Source of the DNA: an uncultured bacterium
GTDB taxonomy: Bacteria; Chloroflexota; UBA5177; JANWHV01
DNA length: 64,000 nucleotides
NCBI GenBank assembly: GCA_963827235.1
Contig: CAWHAE010000009.1
Coordinates: 288,001-352,000, forward strand
Direction of reading: 5' to 3'
Position numbers and translations under genes: made by a program. The notes beneath the pieces were generated by a model. The model worked only from the letters and a program-made list of their open reading frames with translations. It had not been told where the DNA came from and ran no database searches. This document shows, in pieces, positions 58,388-64,000 of the stretch. How positions within the stretch are numbered: position 1 is the first letter of the stretch; each line of letters opens with the position of its first letter.

Positions 58388-59086
58388 ATGGAAGAGGTTT
58401 GGCTAATCGATGAGTTGATGCACGCTGGGCCGGAGCATCTCGATGCAGCCTTCGTGGCAGGTTACAACCGCAAGCAAGGCTACCCCGACCCGGCCGTAGA
58501 CCTGGCCGTGTTCAGTACCTATGGCCTTGAGACGAGCGCGGTCGTGGTCGATCTCGGTGCGGGCACCGGACGGTTCGCGCTCGCCGCCGCGCAGAGGTTT
58601 GGGCAGGTCATCGCCGTGGATATTTCACCGGCCATGATCGAGCACCTTCGTACACAGGCAAGCGAAGCTAATCTTGCAAACCTCCGCTGCGTGCAAGCAG
58701 GTTTCCTCACGTATGTGCACACGGGCCCGCCAGTTGCCGGCGTCTACACGCGGAACGTGCTCCACCACCTGCCGGACTTTTGGAAGGCAATAGCGCTCTA
58801 TCGGATCGCACGCATTATGCAGCCGGGCGGCATCCTGCGCCTCAAAGACCTGATTTATGACTTCGAGCCTGCCCAAGCCGAAGGCGTGTTCGGGCGGTGG
58901 CTCGACGGAGCCGCCCAAGACCCAGCAAGCGGCTATACCCGCGACGACTTCGCCACGCACATCCGTAGCGAGCACAGTACATTCCGGTGGCTGCTCGAGC
59001 CAATGCTCGCCGCCGCTGGCTTCGAGATCATGGCTGCTGACTTCAGCGGCTCGGTCTATGGATCGTACACGTGCGTCAGGCGCTGA
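58388..59086 (+). CDS. Class I SAM-dependent methyltransferase
   Basis: VDLGAGTG, AVDISPAM, LHHLPD, QPGG. Confidence 0.9.
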   Translation: MEEVWLIDELMHAGPEHLDAAFVAGYNRKQGYPDPAVDLAVFSTYGLETSAVVVDLGAGTGRFALAAAQRFGQVIAVDISPAMIEHLRTQASEANLANLRCVQAGFLTYVHTGPPVAGVYTRNVLHHLPDFWKAIALYRIARIMQPGGILRLKDLIYDFEPAQAEGVFGRWLDGAAQDPASGYTRDDFATHIRSEHSTFRWLLEPMLAAAGFEIMAADFSGSVYGSYTCVRR

Positions 59087-59423
59087 ACATTGGCGTAGGC
59101 GGTCACCAATGGTCACGCGTGAGACATGTGCGCATTCCTGCTATCGGCCGATCGCTCGACTGAATAATCCTCGTCCATTGCGCAGCTAGGTCGGGTGGCG
59201 ACTTCGTGCTCAGCAGTGAAATAAGCTCTTGCGGAAACCGTGAGCGCCTGTCCCATTCAGACACTACGAGACGATGCGACCGCTCAGGCTGGGGGCAGAC
59301 CTATTTGCCAAAATTGCGCCCGGCATGTGTACCCCCTCCTCGAGGTTTGCCGCCGATGCCATGCTTCCCGACGATCCCGCCGGCGGGCACGACGATACCC
59401 CGGGATTGCAGTACCCTTAAGAC

Positions 59424-60248
59424 ATGAGAGAGCTGGATGTAGCCATCGAAGCCGCGGCCCTCGCGGCCGCCTGCGCCGCGCGAGACTGGGCGCAACCGGT
59501 AAGCGTAATGGCCAAGGGCGAGCACGATTTCGTCACGCCGACCGACAAGAAGGTCGAGCGCCTGCTGATTGACCATCTCCGCGCCGCCTTCCCCGGCCAT
59601 CGCATCCTCGGCGAGGAGAGCGCGGCACCACCCTGGAACCTGGGCGACGGCACGCTGTGGATCCTGGATCCCATCTGCGGCACGGCCAACTTTGCCTTCG
59701 GCAGCCCGCTGTTCTGCACCAACATCTTCCTCATGCGGGAGGGAGAGCCCGTGCTCGCCGTGGTCGCCGAGGGTCTGCGCGACGAGATCGCCTGCGCGGT
59801 GCGCGGGCAGGGCGCGTTCCTGCGCGCGGTCGGCGGCGGCACCACCCCGTTGCACGGGCGCCGTACCGGCAGCACCCTGGTCAACTTCGACAGCGCCTAC
59901 GCGCAGTCCGAGAATCGCATGGCGTTTTCCGCCGCCGTGCTCGGCGAGCTGGCCCTGCGCAATCGCTTCATCATCCGCGAGATGGGCACCAGCGCTACCT
60001 TCCCCATGCAGGCGCGCGGCGTGCTGGCAGGCAACATCTTCGAAGCGGCGAAGCCCTGGGACCTCAGCGCGGGCGCTCTTCTCTGTGAAGAGGCCGGACA
60101 CGTGGTCACCGCGCACGACGGCTCCCCCTGGCGGCCGGACGGCAGCCCGTTGGTCGCCGGCTGCGACGCGGACGTTCACGCCGAGCTGCTCGACTGCGTG
60201 CGCGCGGCCCGCCGGGCCGTCGACGGCGCCACCTCGGCCGGAGCCTAG
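59424..60248 (+). CDS. Inositol monophosphatase family protein
   Basis: DFVT..D, ILGEE, WILDPICGTANF, PWDLSAG. Confidence 0.9.
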   Translation: MRELDVAIEAAALAAACAARDWAQPVSVMAKGEHDFVTPTDKKVERLLIDHLRAAFPGHRILGEESAAPPWNLGDGTLWILDPICGTANFAFGSPLFCTNIFLMREGEPVLAVVAEGLRDEIACAVRGQGAFLRAVGGGTTPLHGRRTGSTLVNFDSAYAQSENRMAFSAAVLGELALRNRFIIREMGTSATFPMQARGVLAGNIFEAAKPWDLSAGALLCEEAGHVVTAHDGSPWRPDGSPLVAGCDADVHAELLDCVRAARRAVDGATSAGA

Positions 60249-60381
60249 CGGCATAGCTCAAGCTCTACGCTCCGGCACCCGACACCGTGTAGCGGCGCAT
60301 CAGGCAAGCCATCGCCACACGCAGCCGGGCAACGAAGTCGGAATGAGCTCCGCATCGCGGCGATGAGCCGAGCGTGCCTCG

Positions 60382-60800
60382 ATGTCGGTCGGCGAAGGCG
60401 GTCCGCCCGCGCTGGTGGTGGAGGTGTTGAGTGAGTCGAACTGGGATGCGGACCTGGACGCGGTGCGCGGCAAGCCGTACAGCTATGCGCGGGCCGGCGT
60501 GAACGAGTATCTGGTGCTGGACCTGAGGGGACACTATACGGGAACCGGTGTGACGGCATGGCGACAGGCGGATGGCGCCTACCGGACCTGGGAGCCCTGC
60601 AGGACGGCCGCTGGCACAGCGAGCAACTCCCCTTGGCTATCGCCCTCCAAGGGTCCATGGCCGCCGTGTACCTCGGCGACGGCCGGCGCATGCTGACCGA
60701 AGGCGAGGTCGAGTTCACGCTTGCCCGGCAGGCCGACGAGATCGCGCGGCGGGATGCCGAGATCGAGCGCCTGCGGCGCCTGCTCGAGGAGCGGCGCTAG
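60382..60800 (+). pseudogene. Uma2 family endonuclease, 5'-truncated and frameshifted
   Basis: PALVVEVLSES, K..SYARAGVNEYLVLD; the coiled tail AEIERLRRLLE continues in another frame after about 60595. Confidence 0.75.
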
Positions 60801-60896
60801 ATAAGCGTGAGGGCCAGGGTCCTTCACCTCGAGCTGATACTTATCTTCCTATATGATTCCCGGAAGTAGTTGCGGTGTGAACCTGGCTGCCACTTG

Positions 60897-61099
60897 CCCG
60901 CGACCGCAGTCGCCCCGTCTACTGCCATGCGACCGCAGTCGCAGGTCCGTCCCGCAACTTCTGTTTGGAAGCATATAGCCGGAGGCTCCCATTCCCCAGC
61001 CATCCGGGACCGCAGTCCCCCGTCTGCTGCCACCCGATCGCGGTCGGAGGTACTCTGCGCCCCCATCCATCCGGGACCACGGTCCCCCAACTGCGTCAT
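60897..61099 (+). repeat. Twin-hairpin dispersed repeat, copies 2-4
   Basis: Copies at 60897-60945, 61004-61050 and a partial copy at 61071-61099, with compensatory stem changes. Confidence 0.8.
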
Positions 61100-61145
61100 C
61101 TCGTCCTCTCTGCGGCGTCAGCTTTTCAGCCGCCCCATGTCTTCC

Positions 61146-61196
61146 TTGACCTCGCCGGAATCCGTGCTACGATGGTGACACTCGAACATATATTCC
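61146..61196 (+). promoter_or_regulatory. sigma70 promoter with downstream LexA-like box
   Basis: TTGACC-16 bp-TACGAT (extended TG); CGAACATATATTCC at 61183-61196. Confidence 0.55.
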
Positions 61197-61219
61197 ATGC
61201 GCGAAAGCGAGGTCACCCC

Positions 61220-62551
61220 ATGCTCGACAGGCTGGCCGCTCCCACCACCGCTCGCCACCACACCGGTCCCCGCACCGCCCAGGGCAAAGCCGCCTCCAGC
61301 CGCAACGCCTGCACCCACGGCCTGCTCAGTCCCGACCCCCTCGCCACCCCCTACGAGCAGCCCGAAGCCTGGCTCGCCTATCGCGACGCCATCGTGCACG
61401 ACCTCGCACCGTACGGCGACCTGGAGACCATCCTGGCCGAGCGCATCGCCCTGCTGCACTGGCGGCAGGCGCGCATCGCCCGCCACGAGTGCGCCCTGAT
61501 CACCCAGGACCAGGTGCGGCTCTCCCGGGAGCAGGCCGAGCGGCGCTTCGCCGTGTGCGAGGACCGCCCCTCCACCATGGCGGAGCTGGATGCCGAGCGG
61601 CGGTCCTGCAACGACCGCCTGGCGCTGCTGGAGCGCTGGGCGGTGCTGGAGCCGGAGGACGTGCTCACCGTGGCGGCGGTGCACAGTCTGCTGGAGGCGA
61701 TGCTCGCCCCCTTGGGGCCGCAGGAGGCCACGGTACCGCTGCTGCTGGACGCGACGGCGACGGAGAGCCTGGAGCACTACTGTGGGCGGCAGCGCTGGAC
61801 CCGGTCGCTGGTGGAGGCGGCGCTGGAACCGATCTGCGCGGTTGGCACCAGCGTGGCGACGATGCACGCCGTGGCGGTGCGGCGGGCGGGGGAGGCGGTG
61901 TCGGCGCTGGCCCGAGCCCGGTCCGACCAGGAGATCGGCGTGGTGGCGGCTACCCACGGGCTGGCCGACCTGCGGGTGCTGGAGCGGCTGGCGCGCTACG
62001 AAGCGCACCTCTCGCGGGAGATGCAGCGCACCAGGCGCGAGTTGGCAGAGGTCCGTGCCGAGCGCCGTGCGGCAGAGCACAGCGGAAATTGCGAAACGAA
62101 TTCGCGCCCGGAGGGCACTGCCGCACCCGCCGGCGCTGCCATCATCCGCGCGGCAGAGCATCACGAAAATTGCGAAACGAATTCGCCACTCGTCGGGCCC
62201 GCCGCTCCCGCACTACCACGTCGGCGACGCACTGCAGTGGGTACCTCGGCCGGCCCGTCCCCTGCCAGCCGCCGCAGCTGCAGGCTACTCTTCCCGCGCC
62301 CGCCGCTCCCGCTGGCGCTGCCGTCATCCGCGCGGCAGAGCGCAGCAAAAACTGCGAAACGAATTGGCCACTCGACGGGCCCGCGTATCCCGCCGCTGCC
62401 CTCGCACCACAACCGCGACCCACTGCAGCGGGTACCCCGGCCGGCCCGTGCTCTGCCATGCTGCCGCAGCTGGAGGTACCAAGTGCCCCAGTTCAGTCGA
62501 ACACCGCGGCCAGCGTGGGATCGGCCAGGGCCCGGAAGGCGTCGTGAATAG
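61220..62551 (+). CDS. Hypothetical protein with TGPRT..GK..SSRNA..HGL motif and repetitive C-terminus
   Basis: GAGGT RBS + ATG 61220; LETILAERIA..WR..R, RYEAHLSRE; NCETNS repeats. Confidence 0.75.
   Translation: MLDRLAAPTTARHHTGPRTAQGKAASSRNACTHGLLSPDPLATPYEQPEAWLAYRDAIVHDLAPYGDLETILAERIALLHWRQARIARHECALITQDQVRLSREQAERRFAVCEDRPSTMAELDAERRSCNDRLALLERWAVLEPEDVLTVAAVHSLLEAMLAPLGPQEATVPLLLDATATESLEHYCGRQRWTRSLVEAALEPICAVGTSVATMHAVAVRRAGEAVSALARARSDQEIGVVAATHGLADLRVLERLARYEAHLSREMQRTRRELAEVRAERRAAEHSGNCETNSRPEGTAAPAGAAIIRAAEHHENCETNSPLVGPAAPALPRRRRTAVGTSAGPSPASRRSCRLLFPRPPLPLALPSSARQSAAKTAKRIGHSTGPRIPPLPSHHNRDPLQRVPRPARALPCCRSWRYQVPQFSRTPRPAWDRPGPGRRRE
62066..62476 (+). repeat. Three copies of GCGGCAGAGC..AAAYTGCGAAACGAATT; copies 2 and 3 lie in an ~180-bp tandem duplication
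   Basis: Copies near 62069, 62150 and 62333; 62120-62284 resembles 62302-62476. Confidence 0.85.
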
Positions 62552-63152
62552 GATCGTGGTGGCCGGGCGAAAGGGCGGGCAGCTCGTCCTCGGCAAACCA
62601 GTCCACGCCCAGCGTCTCCTCGGTCTTCACCGGCGTGCCGGCAATCGCCGTGCAGCGAAACACCGCGTGGTAGATGTGATGGGGATGGCGGAAGCCGCGC
62701 TTGTAGCTATCGTAGAAGCCGAGCAGCCGGTCGACGGTGACCACGAGGCCGGTTTCCTCGCGCATCTCGCGCGCCGTCATCTGGGCCGCCGACTCGCCCA
62801 CGTCGGCCCAGCCGCCCGGCATGGCCCACAGAGCGTTGTCGCGCCGCCGCACCAGCAATATGCACCCTTGCTCGTCGAACACGGCGGCGGCCACACCAAC
62901 CTTGGGCGTCACGTAGCCGAGCTCCGCCGCCAGCCGTGTCCGCACCTCGCCCGCGGCGGCCCCGGTGAGGAAGCCGAGCATGGCATCGGCGATCTCCTGG
63001 AGCCGTGCATAGCGCTCCCGGTCGTAGCTGTTCTGCGTGAAGAGCAGGCCGAGGGCGCTCATGGCACGCAGCTCGTCGGCCCACCGGGCCACTGTCATGG
63101 CCGGGTCCGGTGCCGCCATCATCGTTCTCTCATCCGTCTGCGCGTCCGCCAA
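62493..63152 (-). CDS. Nudix hydrolase with Nudix_N domain (YjhB-like)
   Basis: YDRERY, GYVTPKV, Nudix box GGWADVGES....AREMREETGL. Confidence 0.92.
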   Translation of the reverse strand: MADAQTDERTMMAAPDPAMTVARWADELRAMSALGLLFTQNSYDRERYARLQEIADAMLGFLTGAAAGEVRTRLAAELGYVTPKVGVAAAVFDEQGCILLVRRRDNALWAMPGGWADVGESAAQMTAREMREETGLVVTVDRLLGFYDSYKRGFRHPHHIYHAVFRCTAIAGTPVKTEETLGVDWFAEDELPALSPGHHDPIHDAFRALADPTLAAVFD

Positions 63153-63196
63153 CTCGCCCGCCCTTCACGCACAGCATGAACATGAAGCAAGGGGGA

Positions 63197-64000
<804 letters not shown>

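Noticed and set aside
62066-62476. CRISPR array or DGR template/variable repeat
   Set aside because: Only three unevenly spaced copies, intervening sequence is itself duplicated, differences are not adenine-specific, and no reverse transcriptase is present

Overview
GC-rich bacterial DNA. The gene content (NB-ARC/TPR and CHAT proteins, Uma2 relics, a GAAC-N4-GTTC-type LexA-like box) suggests a soil Chloroflexota-like organism, which is inference only. The window is a mosaic of intact metabolic and regulatory genes, at least nine gene relics, a tRNA-Ala/tRNA-Trp pair and a clear fluoride riboswitch. Three loci stand out. (1) 22.5-30.6 kb: a two-ATPase NB-ARC-TPR-STAND protein with 126-bp tandem repeats, followed by a CHAT (caspase-like) protease-STAND fusion, converging on a Zn-ribbon/3-TM gene pair. 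This is a candidate NLR-caspase conflict system. (2) 44.0-51.8 kb: a copper-handling cluster (CopC, CopC-CopD-YtkA-YVTN fusion, TlpA-SCO fusion, an upstream membrane protein ending RPPP) that contains three paralogous secreted single-PKD proteins, all with Cys directly after the signal peptide. (3) A dispersed twin-hairpin element with compensatory base changes at 50.8 and 60.9-61.1 kb, the latter just upstream of a TGPRT-motif ORF with a LexA-like box and frame-independent 3' repeats. All family calls come from motif recognition by eye; no searches were run.
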